Of a stretch of DNA of 32,911 nt, positions 1-9,621 are shown in pieces. Position 1 is the stretch's first letter. Every line of letters begins with the position of its first letter. A program made the position numbers and the translations under genes. Source of the stretch: a bacterium. Lineage in GTDB: Bacteria; Desulfobacterota; DSWW01. The notes below the pieces were generated by a model. The model was not told the DNA's origin. It searched no databases and worked only from the letters and a program-made list of their open reading frames with translations. Where the stretch lies: positions 1-32,911 of the forward strand of contig JBFLZG010000121.1 in assembly GCA_040756235.1 (NCBI GenBank). Direction: 5' to 3'.

Positions 1-115
1 CCAGACCGGTGTACCCGCCCCCGACGATCGCGACGTCCGCCTCCTGGTCCCCCCACAGGGTCGGGCCGGGCTCGCAGGGACCGTCGAGCCAATAATTGTC
101 TTTCGCGGTACGCAT
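1..115 (-). CDS. FAD-dependent oxidoreductase (D-amino acid oxidase/PuuB-like family), N-terminus only; runs off the window edge
   Basis: Not in the ORF track. Manual translation from ATG at 115 gives MRTAKDNYWLDGPCEPGPTLWGDQEADVAIVGGGYTGL: YW motif plus the DVAIVGGGYTGL dinucleotide-binding motif. GGAG lies just upstream. Confidence 0.8.
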   Translation of the reverse strand, partial: MRTAKDNYWLDGPCEPGPTLWGDQEADVAIVGGGYTGL

Positions 116-216
116 GCTCCACCCCCAGCGGATACCAAGGATTGTCGTCGGGACCGCTCCCTCACACACCGTCCCGCTTCAGCCGCGGATCTCGCAGCTG
201 AGGCCGCCTCCGGGTC

Positions 217-1290
217 TCACTCCACAGGCTCGCGCCAGCGGAACCGGTCTTCTCTTCTCCCGGTCTGAATGCCGGTGATTTCCTGGTAGAGCCTCTTGGA
301 GAGCTCCCCCATCCTGCCGTCAGCGACGACGAGCGTCTCGCCCTTGTAACGGATCCGACCTATGGGAGAGATCACCGCCGCGGTGCCGGTTCCGAAGGCT
401 TCGCGGATGGCTCCGGCCCGGATGCCCGCGACGAGCTCGTCCATGGCGATCGGTCGCTCCGAAATCTTGATTCTCCAATGCTCGAGAATGCGGATGACCG
501 AGTCTCTGGTGATGCCCGGCAGAATGCTGCCGGTCAGAGGCGGCGTGAGAACCTCTTCGGCCGTGGCGAAGAAGATGTTCATGGACCCCACCTCCTCGAC
601 GTACCTGTGCTCGGTTGCATCCAGCCACAGGACCTGCGCGAAACCTTCCGCTCGGATGCGCTCGAAGGCCAGCAGGCTCGCAGCATAGTTGCCCGCTGCC
701 TTGGCTTCGCCGGTCCCCCCCGGGGCGGCACGAACGTAGGTGTCCTCGACGAAAATGCTGACCGGATTCAACCCCTCCTTGTAGTAGGCGCCCACGGGAC
801 ACAGGATGATGAAGAAGAGGTACTTCTTCGCAGGACGCACCCCGAGGTGCGGCTCGACGGCGATCATCGCAGGCCGGATGTACAGGGAAGTCCCAGCGCC
901 TTTGGGCACCCAGTCCCGGTCCAGGTGAATCAGCTGCTTCAGGCCGGCCAGGGCCAGATCGCCGTCGATCGGTGGCATGCAGAGCCTCGCGGCGGAGCGG
1001 TTGAGGCGTCTGAAGTTCTCCGCCGGACGAAAGAGAAAGACTTGCCCGTCGCGCGCGGCGTAGGCCTTCAATCCTTCGAAGATCTCCTGGCCGTAGTGAA
1101 GCGCCATGGCGGCCGGGTTCAGGCTGAGGTCCCGGAGCGGCTCGATTCGCGGGTCGTGCCAGCCTCTGTCCGGCTCATGGTCCATGACAAACATGTGGTC
1201 CGTGAAGACGTCGCCGAACCCTAACCGGGACTCGTCTGCAGGCTTCTTCCTGCGCACCTCGTCCCGTGCTCTGGTGATCCGGATTTCCAA
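217..1290 (-). CDS. ilvE: Branched-chain amino acid aminotransferase (class IV PLP enzyme)
   Basis: LGFGDVFTDHM, LHYGQEIFEGLKAY, KAAGNYA (PLP lysine), EEVGSMNIF, ILPGITRDS, GTGTAAVISP. TTG start after AAGGAG. Confidence 0.95.
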   Translation of the reverse strand: MEIRITRARDEVRRKKPADESRLGFGDVFTDHMFVMDHEPDRGWHDPRIEPLRDLSLNPAAMALHYGQEIFEGLKAYAARDGQVFLFRPAENFRRLNRSAARLCMPPIDGDLALAGLKQLIHLDRDWVPKGAGTSLYIRPAMIAVEPHLGVRPAKKYLFFIILCPVGAYYKEGLNPVSIFVEDTYVRAAPGGTGEAKAAGNYAASLLAFERIRAEGFAQVLWLDATEHRYVEEVGSMNIFFATAEEVLTPPLTGSILPGITRDSVIRILEHWRIKISERPIAMDELVAGIRAGAIREAFGTGTAAVISPIGRIRYKGETLVVADGRMGELSKRLYQEITGIQTGRREDRFRWREPVE

Positions 1291-1322
1291 GCTTCTCTCC
1301 TTCTGAAATGGGTCCCGCCGAA

Positions 1323-2225
1323 TCAGAGGGTCAGCCCCGCACGGGCGAGAAGCTCCTGCCAGCGTTCATCGGCCCGGCGCTGAAGCTCTGCGATCGTCTC
1401 GTCGGCCGTTTGCCGGAATCTCCCCTGCGACCGCATGTAGTCTCTGACGGAAACGGGCTTCTCCGGAAGGACGTCCACGCTCAGCCGGCCCCTGTCCGCC
1501 TCGAAGATCGGGAACATCCGGCACAGGGTCGCCATGCGCGCGATCTCGATCGCCTTGGCCGAGTCGATGCGCCATCCGGGCGGGCAGGGGGACAGGAGAT
1601 GGATGAACCTTGTTCCCCGGATCCGGCGCGCCTTGCGGAACTTGCGGATGAGGTCGTCCGGGTAGGCCACGGATGCCGTGGCGAGCCAAGGGATCTGATG
1701 GGCCAGCAGGATCCGGACGATGTCCTTCTTGGCCTCTGCCTTGAGGGCGCCGGCCGGCGTGGTCGTGGTCCAGGCCCCTGCCGGCGTGGCGCTGGAGCGC
1801 TGGATCCCGGTGTTCATGTACGCCTCGTTGTCGTAGCAGACGAACAGAATGTCCTCGTTGCGCTCGGCAGCGCCGGAGAGCGACTGGATGCCGATGTCGA
1901 AGGTGCCGCCGTCTCCGGCCCAGGCCATGACCACCACGTCCTTCTCTTGCCGTGCGTCGAGACCTGCACGGACGCCGGAGGCGACGGCCGCAGCCGAGGC
2001 GAACGGAGCGTGGACGACCGGGATCTGCAGGGCGCAGTACGGGTAGGTGCCGATGATGATCGACCAGCAGCAGGCAGGGATCACCGCCACCGTGTTCCGG
2101 CCGAGCCCTTTCAAGGCGAGCTTCATCGCCAGCGATGCGCCGCATCCCTGGCAGGAGAGGATTCCGGGCTGCAGCAGCTCCGGAGCCGCAAGCAGCTCCC
2201 GGGGAATCTCGTAGCTCTTCTGCAT
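1323..2225 (-). CDS. 2-oxoacid:acceptor (ferredoxin) oxidoreductase beta subunit (TPP-binding)
   Basis: CQGCG, ACC, GDGGTFDIG...YDNEAYMNTGIQRS TPP motif, SPCPPGW. Confidence 0.92.
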   Translation of the reverse strand: MQKSYEIPRELLAAPELLQPGILSCQGCGASLAMKLALKGLGRNTVAVIPACCWSIIIGTYPYCALQIPVVHAPFASAAAVASGVRAGLDARQEKDVVVMAWAGDGGTFDIGIQSLSGAAERNEDILFVCYDNEAYMNTGIQRSSATPAGAWTTTTPAGALKAEAKKDIVRILLAHQIPWLATASVAYPDDLIRKFRKARRIRGTRFIHLLSPCPPGWRIDSAKAIEIARMATLCRMFPIFEADRGRLSVDVLPEKPVSVRDYMRSQGRFRQTADETIAELQRRADERWQELLARAGLTL

Positions 2226-2234
2226 GAAACGCTC

Positions 2235-3389
2235 CTACTCTTTCAACCCCCAGAAGATAGGTGCGTCCGCGGGCCTGCCGCTGCGGTCGACCTGCTCGAT
2301 GATCCCGCGGACGTCGGCAGGCGTGACATCCCTGCCTCCGATGCCCGCAACAACAGGGTATACGAGAGGCCGGCTCGAAAGCGGGTAGAGGGCCGCCATG
2401 ACCTCGCCGGCAAAAGCGCCGCCCAGGCCGGGAGAGAGGTTGCGGTCGAGGACGATCACCTTCTGCGCGCCCCCGAGCACGTTTCTCCAGCGCTCCGCGG
2501 GCAGCGGACGGAAGAGGCGCAGCTTCATGAGCCCGACCTTTCTGCCGAGCTGCCGCAGCTCGTCCACCGCGATGCGCACCACCGAAGTCATCGTGCCGGC
2601 GCAAACCACGATGATTTCGGCATCGTCGGTGCGGCCGGCCTCCAGGACGTCGTAGGATCTGCCCGTGGCCCGGCCGTACGCTTCCCCGATCTCGGCCAGG
2701 CGCTCCTGTGCCTCGCAGGAGCGGCGGTGGCACAAGTAGCGCTGCTCGTAGTAGTGCTCGGGAGACATCATGCCTCCGAACATCCTGGGGTCCGCGAGCT
2801 CGATCCTCTGCGCGGGCTCATACGCCGGCAGGAGGGCGTCCACGCACGCCGCCTCAGGAACGTCCACCACCTCGGAGGTGTGGCTCAGGAAAAACGCGTC
2901 GTAAGCGATCATCACCGGCACGGAAAGGCTCTCGGCCAGTCCGTAGGCCAGGATCACGCTGTCGAGAGCTTCCTGGCACGACTCCACGTAGATCTGGATC
3001 CAGCCGGTGTCTCTCTGCGACACGGAGTCGGACTGATCGGCCCAGATGTTCCAGGGCGCGCCGACGGCCCGGTTGACGTTGACCATCACGATGGGCAGCC
3101 GGGCCCCGGCCGCCCAGTGGAGCACCTCGTGCATGTACAGCAGGCCGTGGCTGCTGGTTGCGGTGAAGGTGCGCACCCCCGCGGTGGAGGCGCCCACCAG
3201 CGCGGCCATGGCGGAGTGCTCGCTCTCGACCTTGATGAAGGCGGCATCGATTTCGCCGCGGGCGCACCGCTCGGCGAGCTCCTCCGAGATCGTCGTCTGC
3301 GGGGTGATGGGGTAGGCCGAGATGACTTTCACCCGGCAGAGCTTCACGGCTTCCGCTACCGCATGATTGCCTTTGATGACCTTGCGCAA
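2235..3389 (-). CDS. 2-oxoacid:acceptor oxidoreductase alpha subunit
   Basis: AYPITPQT, VESEHSAM, TATSSHGLLYMHE, NRAVGAPWNIWADQSD. TTG start directly after the upstream stop. Confidence 0.92.
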   Translation of the reverse strand: MRKVIKGNHAVAEAVKLCRVKVISAYPITPQTTISEELAERCARGEIDAAFIKVESEHSAMAALVGASTAGVRTFTATSSHGLLYMHEVLHWAAGARLPIVMVNVNRAVGAPWNIWADQSDSVSQRDTGWIQIYVESCQEALDSVILAYGLAESLSVPVMIAYDAFFLSHTSEVVDVPEAACVDALLPAYEPAQRIELADPRMFGGMMSPEHYYEQRYLCHRRSCEAQERLAEIGEAYGRATGRSYDVLEAGRTDDAEIIVVCAGTMTSVVRIAVDELRQLGRKVGLMKLRLFRPLPAERWRNVLGGAQKVIVLDRNLSPGLGGAFAGEVMAALYPLSSRPLVYPVVAGIGGRDVTPADVRGIIEQVDRSGRPADAPIFWGLKE

Positions 3390-5213
3390 TCAAGCCTCCG
3401 TTGCGGCGCAGGAATCTTCTTCCACCATCGTGATGAAATGACGGGGGCACTCGTTGGCGCAGATCCCGCAGCCCTTGCAGTAGTCCAGATCCACCTGGAA
3501 CCCGTCGCTCGGGCACTCTCGGCAGACGACCGACATGTCCGGGCAAAAGATCAGACAGTCGCTGCAGGCGGTGCAGCGGCCGCACTGCATGCAGCGATCG
3601 GCTTCCCGCAGGGCCTCGTGCTGTTCGTAGCCCGGGGCGTACTCGTCGAACGAGGTCTTGCGCGTGTCGGCGGCTTCCAGCCTCCTGGCGACCGGGGAGG
3701 CCCGGTGGAAACGATCGAGCCGCATCTTCGAAGCATCGACGACTTCACGCAGGTCTCTTCGAGCCTGCGGCGCACGCTCCCACTCCCGCTCGAGGTAGGC
3801 GGCAAAGCTCACGGCGGGCCCCTGACCGGCCGTGATGGCTTCCATCACGGCCGCTGCCTCCAGGCCGCGTCGGTCGCAGTCCATGCTGACGGCCGCGCGC
3901 TTGCCGGCGGCAACGGCGTGGGCCACGCTCCTCGGGCCATGGAGGATGTCGCCCCCGGCAAGGACTTTGCCGCGGCCGTCGTCGCCAGTGAGCTCGGTCC
4001 GGGCCCTGAGGGTCAGGCCGTCGGCGTCGAACCGGTGCCCGATGTAGCGGAGGTCCGGCTCCTCGCCGATGGCGCACAGCACCGTCTCGGCTTCGAGCCG
4101 GAATAGGCTTCCTTCCTTCCTCACGGACCTGCGGCGGCCCGTGCCGTCCTCCTCACCCAGCTCGGTTTCACAGCACACCAGCTGCCGGAGGCTGCCGTCG
4201 GAGCTCGTCCGGACCTCCTCGGGGGCGGCCAGAAACCGGAACCGCACGCCTTCCTCCCGCGCCTGACGGATCTCCTCCGGGTGGGCCGGCATCTCGGCTT
4301 CGGAACGGCGATAGAGCACGGTCACCTCGCAGCCGCGCCGCAGAGCGGTCCGCGCCGCGTCGATGGCGGTGTTTCCCCCGCCCACGACGATCACGCTCCT
4401 GCCCGGATCGAACGGTTCGCCCAGCGCGACTCTCCTCAACGCCTCCAGACCGCTGGTGACGCGGCCGGAGTCCTGCTCCCCCGGAATGCCGAGCCGCCGG
4501 CTCGCGTGTGCGCCGGTTCCCAGAAAGACGTAGTCGAAGTCTGTGCGAAGCTCTTTCAGAGAGACCTGCCGGCCGATCTCGGTGCCGCTCCTCAGCTCGA
4601 TTCCCATGCCCGACAGGGCATCGATCTCCGCCTCCACGATCCGTCTCGGCAACCGGTAGGCGGGAATTCCGATGCGCAGGATGCCGCCCAGCACGCCGAG
4701 CTTCTCGAACAGGGTGACCCGGAAACCGAGCCTGCGGGCAAAATAGGCTGCGGACAGGCCGGCCGGGCCCGATCCCACCACGGCCACGGAGCTGCCGTGG
4801 CAGGGGGGCAGATCCGGAGGCTCCGCCCTTGCCTGGGCCCGGTCTCCCAGGAACCGCTCCAGCTCCCGGACCTCGACGCTCTGGTCCAGGCCGGAGCGGT
4901 TGCATGCGCCCTGACAGAAGCTGAAGCACACCCGGCCCAGGATGGCCGGGAAGGGCTGCTCCAGCTTGAGATGCCGGCAAGCCTCTTGCACCGCGCCCTC
5001 ATGCAGGAGTCGGATCCAGCCCGGGACGTCGTTGCCGGCCGGACAGGCGTTCTGGCAGGCAGACACTTTCGCCTGCATCAGGGGCCTGACGTATCTCCAG
5101 CCGCCGGTCCTGTTGTGGAGCATGCTTCCGAGGGAAACGTTCATCGGAGGCATGTCACGCCATGTCAGCGACCGGACGGGCGAGGCCTCTTCAAGCCGCC
5201 TCTTTGCAGTCAT
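3390..5213 (-). CDS. GltD/NfnB-like Fe-S/FAD/NAD(P) oxidoreductase fused to a C-terminal 2x[4Fe-4S] delta-subunit-like domain
   Basis: CQNACPAG, LGRVC...CQGACNR, GSGPAG (FAD), GGGNTAID and YRR (NAD(P)), EADRCMQCGRCTACSDCLIFCPD, YCKGCGICANECP. Start may be 5213 or 5261. Confidence 0.88.
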   Translation of the reverse strand: MTAKRRLEEASPVRSLTWRDMPPMNVSLGSMLHNRTGGWRYVRPLMQAKVSACQNACPAGNDVPGWIRLLHEGAVQEACRHLKLEQPFPAILGRVCFSFCQGACNRSGLDQSVEVRELERFLGDRAQARAEPPDLPPCHGSSVAVVGSGPAGLSAAYFARRLGFRVTLFEKLGVLGGILRIGIPAYRLPRRIVEAEIDALSGMGIELRSGTEIGRQVSLKELRTDFDYVFLGTGAHASRRLGIPGEQDSGRVTSGLEALRRVALGEPFDPGRSVIVVGGGNTAIDAARTALRRGCEVTVLYRRSEAEMPAHPEEIRQAREEGVRFRFLAAPEEVRTSSDGSLRQLVCCETELGEEDGTGRRRSVRKEGSLFRLEAETVLCAIGEEPDLRYIGHRFDADGLTLRARTELTGDDGRGKVLAGGDILHGPRSVAHAVAAGKRAAVSMDCDRRGLEAAAVMEAITAGQGPAVSFAAYLEREWERAPQARRDLREVVDASKMRLDRFHRASPVARRLEAADTRKTSFDEYAPGYEQHEALREADRCMQCGRCTACSDCLIFCPDMSVVCRECPSDGFQVDLDYCKGCGICANECPRHFITMVEEDSCAATEA

Positions 5214-5238
5214 GTCACGAGACCTTTCCTCGCGAGCG

Positions 5239-5796
5239 TCATCCGGAAACGACCCGATCATACGCGGCCCGGGCCGCCGCGACGTTCCCCCGGGTCCGGG
5301 AGGGCACGCATTCTTCGATGGCTCTTGCCACCGCCTCCAGGCTCAGCAGCCGGGTGGCCCCGGCAAAGGCCCCCAGGATCGCGGTGTTGACAATCGGGTT
5401 GGAGGGCGTTCCCAGACCGTGCTCGACGGCCACGGTCGCGGCGTCGACCACGTGGATCCGAAATCCCTGGCCGAGCCGGGCCGCATAGGTGCGGGGCTCC
5501 CGGCGGCCGTTGAGGACCAGGGTCCCGCCGGGAGCCAGGCCATGAGTCAGGGGAGCGGTCTGGATCAGGGAGGCATCCAGAACGATCACGTGATCCGGAC
5601 GATAGATCTGGCAGCGGAGCAGGATCGGGCGATCATCGACGCGGCAGAAGGCCGTCACCGGCGCGCCCCTGCGCTCGACCCCGAACTGCGGAAACGCCTG
5701 GACGTGCCTGCCTTCGAGGAAGAAGGCGTGGGCCAGCACTTCCGAGCCGACCACGGCGCCCTGGCCGCCTCGTCCGTGGAATCGGATTTCCTGCAT
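5239..5796 (-). CDS. 2-oxoacid:acceptor oxidoreductase gamma subunit
   Basis: EIRFHGRGGQGAV, FPQFGVERRGAPV, PIVNTAILGAF. Confidence 0.93.
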   Translation of the reverse strand: MQEIRFHGRGGQGAVVGSEVLAHAFFLEGRHVQAFPQFGVERRGAPVTAFCRVDDRPILLRCQIYRPDHVIVLDASLIQTAPLTHGLAPGGTLVLNGRREPRTYAARLGQGFRIHVVDAATVAVEHGLGTPSNPIVNTAILGAFAGATRLLSLEAVARAIEECVPSRTRGNVAAARAAYDRVVSG

Positions 5797-5823
5797 GACC
5801 CCTCCCGGCAGGTTGCCAAGAAA

Positions 5824-7083
5824 TCACAAATAGCACGAGACCTCGAGGTGCTTTCTGGGCAGGCCCAGGACGGGGGTGCTGCCTTTTTCCGTGATCAGGA
5901 CGAGGTTCTCGTACTGGAACAGGCCCGTCTGACCGTGCTTCTTCAACCCCCCTTTGATGCCGCAGGGCTCCACTTCCAGGCACATGCCGGGCTCCAGAAG
6001 GGTCTCCTCGGTAGCCGTCAGGGCCGGCGGCTCGTGGATGTCCAGGCCGATCCCATGCCCGCCGATCTCGATCGAGATCAACCCGCCGTCCTGTTCGACC
6101 CGTACCATCGCTTCGTACACCGCTTTCGCCGGAACACCAGGCCTGGCCGCCTCCACGGCCGCATCGAAGGCTCTCCAGCAGACCTCCATTCCCTTCCTGT
6201 AGTCCTCCGGCGTGGGTCCCACATGGACGAACCTTCCCATGTCGGCCCAGTACCCTTTGTAGCGGAGCGGCATGTCGAGCGACATGTAGTCCCCCCGTCC
6301 GATGACCACCCCGTCGAAATGCGAGGCCGTGTCATACACGCCTTCCTTCATGTCGCCGCACATGATGTGACCCGGAATGGCCCAATCCGCGTCATGCTCC
6401 ACCGCGGCGATGAGATACAGCTTGGCGACGTCCTGCTCCGTCATGCCGGGCCGATAGGCTTCGATAACGGTCTGGAATGCCTGCCTGTGGATGGCGGCGG
6501 CCCGGGTCAGCCTATCGATTTCGAGCTGCGACTTGATCATCCTGCACGCCCAGATCGTCTTGTCCCCGTCGACGAACCTGGCGTCCGGCAGGGACTTCAG
6601 GAGCAGCTCGATGTCGTTGAGAGGTCGCGGGATCCACATGTTGCCCAGCGCGCCCTTCTCGAGACCGATGCGGGCCTTGCCGTAGCCCAGCTCCTTGACG
6701 AGCTCCGCGACCTCGCGGGGCAGGTCTCTTTCGGCATTCGTCTGGTGGGCGTCGAGCTGCCCTCGGATGTCCCGAATCCAGCACTGGGCTTCGGCCGTCG
6801 GGCGGAAGAACTCGGGCACGATGACGACCGGTTCGCGGTCCGCCGGGAGCAGCGTGACCATGGGCTGGATGCTGGGTACCATCCAGTGGATGGACGTGTA
6901 GCCGGCGAAATAGCGGCAGTTCTGCCGGCTCCACAGCATCAGGAGGTCGATGTCGTGTTCGCGCATCAGCCGTTTCGCCCTCTCGGTCCGTGCCTTCCAC
7001 TCGGAAAAAGGAACGTCCGGCAGATGCGGATCGGGTCCGTACAGTCCGTAGCCCTGCGGTTCCGGCGGTCGAATCATGGCCAT
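5824..7083 (-). CDS. Xaa-Pro peptidase / M24 family metallopeptidase
   Basis: Creatinase-type N-domain, CRMIKS..EI, metal ligands in SLD..GYWADMGR, GHGIGLDIHE, EVEP, QYEN. ATG at 7083 follows AAGGAGG (the track start at 7539 overlaps tetR). Confidence 0.9.
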   Translation of the reverse strand: MAMIRPPEPQGYGLYGPDPHLPDVPFSEWKARTERAKRLMREHDIDLLMLWSRQNCRYFAGYTSIHWMVPSIQPMVTLLPADREPVVIVPEFFRPTAEAQCWIRDIRGQLDAHQTNAERDLPREVAELVKELGYGKARIGLEKGALGNMWIPRPLNDIELLLKSLPDARFVDGDKTIWACRMIKSQLEIDRLTRAAAIHRQAFQTVIEAYRPGMTEQDVAKLYLIAAVEHDADWAIPGHIMCGDMKEGVYDTASHFDGVVIGRGDYMSLDMPLRYKGYWADMGRFVHVGPTPEDYRKGMEVCWRAFDAAVEAARPGVPAKAVYEAMVRVEQDGGLISIEIGGHGIGLDIHEPPALTATEETLLEPGMCLEVEPCGIKGGLKKHGQTGLFQYENLVLITEKGSTPVLGLPRKHLEVSCYL

Positions 7084-7163
7084 GGAGCACCTCCTTGGAA
7101 TGTGTGTCGAGAGCCCGAAGAACCTGTCAGACGGCCGGCGCGGGCCTCTCACCGGCCCTGCCG

Positions 7164-7832
7164 TCACGCCAACCCTGCAATCCTGTCCGGCACCGGCTCC
7201 GCAACGCGCTGCAGGAAGCCTGCGGCGAGGCGCGCGAGCTCGTCGATCTGGCCTTCGTCGATCCCGCTCCACTTCTGCGCGAGCCACCTGGCAAATCCCT
7301 CCGCCACGCCGGCCACGGTCTCGAACAGAAGGTCCTCCGGCAGGTCCGCCCGGACGGCCGAGATCTGTTGGCCGCGCTCGAGCGCTTCCCGGAGCCACTG
7401 ACGCATGCGCGCCGCGAGGGCGTTCTGTGCGGGGTGGGATGTCCCGGAGGTCCGGGTGTGAACCGCCTGCCACAAGAGTTGAGATCCCGAGGGTTGTTGC
7501 ACGTAGTAGCGGATCGAGCGCTGATAGCTGAACATCCACTCCTTCCAGTACGCTTCGGGAGAATCGACGTGCGCAAAGGCCGGGGCTTGCTGCGGGGGAT
7601 CTCCGGACCAGATGTCCAGCAGGGCACTGGAGAATTCATCGAGCACCGTTGCATACAAGTCGTCCTTGTCGGCGAAGTAATAGTAGAGCGCTCCCCTGCT
7701 CATTCCACACCGGGTGATGATCCGGCTGAGAGATGCCTTCTCGTACCCCCGTTCGGCAAACTCCTCGGTTGCGATGCGGATGATCTTGGCCTTCTTATCC
7801 GGGTCAAGCTTGGTAAGCCGGGACAGGGCCAT
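7164..7832 (-). CDS. TetR/AcrR family transcriptional regulator
   Basis: N-terminal HTH: IATEEFAERGYEKASLSRII...SRGALYYYFADKDDLY. AGGAGG RBS. Confidence 0.93.
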   Translation of the reverse strand: MALSRLTKLDPDKKAKIIRIATEEFAERGYEKASLSRIITRCGMSRGALYYYFADKDDLYATVLDEFSSALLDIWSGDPPQQAPAFAHVDSPEAYWKEWMFSYQRSIRYYVQQPSGSQLLWQAVHTRTSGTSHPAQNALAARMRQWLREALERGQQISAVRADLPEDLLFETVAGVAEGFARWLAQKWSGIDEGQIDELARLAAGFLQRVAEPVPDRIAGLA

Positions 7833-7904
7833 GGATCCCGTCCTCCTTGCACCGAAGTCCTACTAGACATATGGATTCGACATGAAGATTCGACATGTGT
7901 GTCT

Positions 7905-7933
7905 AAAATACGCGGAACAAGGTCCGCTGTCAA
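7905..7933 (-). promoter_or_regulatory. Sigma70-type promoter for tetR
   Basis: Minus strand TTGACA (7933-7928), 17 nt, TATTTT (7910-7905). Confidence 0.7.
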
Positions 7934-8158
7934 GTTTCTTCTCGTTTTCGGTGATTCGGCTACTCGAGGTAGGCGTATGGCCCGGGAGCTCTCATCCCGG
8001 GCCGGACCGGATCGGTGCCCGACCCCGGCGGGCTTTCCCGGAGCGATCTCTTGCGCGGGTCTCCTCAGGAACAGGGCGGGAGCCGAGAGGCCCCCGCCCT
8101 CAGGCAGGGTCGTTCCGGCTGGAGAATGAGGTCGCGTGCAGGCCCTGTGCGGCTGCTT

Positions 8159-9550
8159 TCAGACGCGGTGGACGGCCCGGAAGGCGCCGTTGGGCATCTT
8201 TTCCAGGCGGAATTCCAGGCCGCAGGCCGGACAGGTAGCGATCCTGCCCGTCTGCTCCTCGTCCCCGACCTGGATCTGGAACTTGCAGACCGGGCAAAGC
8301 GCCCCCACGAACTGCACCGAGACCGGCCGGGCGAGGAACATCTGATCGAGCAGCTTCTTCTCGCAACGGGCGGCAGGCAGACCCTGCCGGATCCAGTGCT
8401 CCACCCTGCCGGCCTCGCTCACGTCGCCCACGAAGATGGCTCCGGCCACCCGGTCCTTCCGGTAAACGAGCTTCTTGTAGATGTATGGGAGCTCCTCGAA
8501 CGGGTAGCCGCCCGATTCCTCGCGGACGTCCGGACCGGCTGCATCGCTCAGTCCCAGGCAGACCAGATCGAGATCGAAGACCTTGATGCGCAGAGACAGG
8601 ACGCCCTGATAGACCGCCCGCTGGCCGACCATGTTCAGGCCGGCCACGTTGCCCTGCCTCCAGGCGTTGAGCCAGCCGGGTTGCGGGACGGTTTGCGCGC
8701 CGCCGGCCAGGGGAGGCTGGGCCACGTCCCCGGCGGCGAAGATGTCGTCCCGGCTGGTCCGCAAGGCGTCGTCCACGACGATCCCCTGGTCGGTCCGGAC
8801 TTCCCCTTCCGCGAGGAAGTCGACCTGGGGGGCCTGCGGCGCGGCCACCAGCAGGAGATCCGCGGGAATCCTGTCCTTGCGCGTCGTGACGACAGCCTCC
8901 AGCCGTCCCTCCCGGATCACGACCTCCTGGATCGACGCCCCTCTGAGGACCTCGACCCCGGCCTGCACCAGGCGGTCCTCGAGAATCTGGGACGCCACCG
9001 GGTCCAGCACGCCCGGCAGGAAGCGATGCTCCGGAATGAGGTAGGTGCAGGCCACACCGCGGCCGCGCAGCCCCCGCAGGCTGTCCAGGGCGGGAATACT
9101 CGAGCCCGCGACGACCGCCCTTCGCGCCTTCGCCGCGAGGGAGGCGATGGTCTGGGCATCGGCCAGGTTGTCCAGATAGACGATGCCCTTGGCCTGTGAT
9201 CCGGGCGCCGACAGCCGGGTCGTCTTCCTTCCGGTGGCGATGAGAAGTCGGTCGAAGCGGATGCGATCGCCGTTGCTCAAGGCCACTTCGTTCCTGCCGG
9301 CGTCCAGGGAGGTGACCCTGACTCCCTGCAGGAGGCGGACCCCGCTGGCGGACAGCCGGTCCCGATCACGGGAGACGATCTGCTCGGGCTGCACGGCTCC
9401 GGCCAGGAACTCGCCCAGCATGGGGCGGTAATAGAAGGCGTTCGGCTCGTCCCCGACGAGCACGACCTCCGCTTCCGCGCGCCTCTTGCGGATTACCTCG
9501 GCCGCTCGCTTGCCTGCGGCTCCAGAACCCAATATGACGTACCGTTCCAT
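8159..9550 (-). CDS. NAD(P)/FAD-dependent pyridine nucleotide oxidoreductase (NirB-N/rubredoxin reductase-like) with C-terminal CxxC...CxxC domain
   Basis: ILGSGAAG, YYRPML, LLIATG, RTSRDDIFAAGDVA. The tail reads CPVC-x17-CPAC. ATG at 9550 follows GAAGGGGG. Confidence 0.85.
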   Translation of the reverse strand: MERYVILGSGAAGKRAAEVIRKRRAEAEVVLVGDEPNAFYYRPMLGEFLAGAVQPEQIVSRDRDRLSASGVRLLQGVRVTSLDAGRNEVALSNGDRIRFDRLLIATGRKTTRLSAPGSQAKGIVYLDNLADAQTIASLAAKARRAVVAGSSIPALDSLRGLRGRGVACTYLIPEHRFLPGVLDPVASQILEDRLVQAGVEVLRGASIQEVVIREGRLEAVVTTRKDRIPADLLLVAAPQAPQVDFLAEGEVRTDQGIVVDDALRTSRDDIFAAGDVAQPPLAGGAQTVPQPGWLNAWRQGNVAGLNMVGQRAVYQGVLSLRIKVFDLDLVCLGLSDAAGPDVREESGGYPFEELPYIYKKLVYRKDRVAGAIFVGDVSEAGRVEHWIRQGLPAARCEKKLLDQMFLARPVSVQFVGALCPVCKFQIQVGDEEQTGRIATCPACGLEFRLEKMPNGAFRAVHRV

Positions 9551-9621
9551 GGTGATACCCCCTTCTGCGGATTCTACTGGAGTCGGCCGACGGCCCTCCG
9601 TCCCGGTCCGTCGGCGCTGGG

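Noticed and set aside
7979..8003. Hairpin GGCCCGGGA-N7-TCCCGGGCC
   Set aside because: No U-tract on either strand and no second copy in the window; GC-rich stems arise easily by chance.
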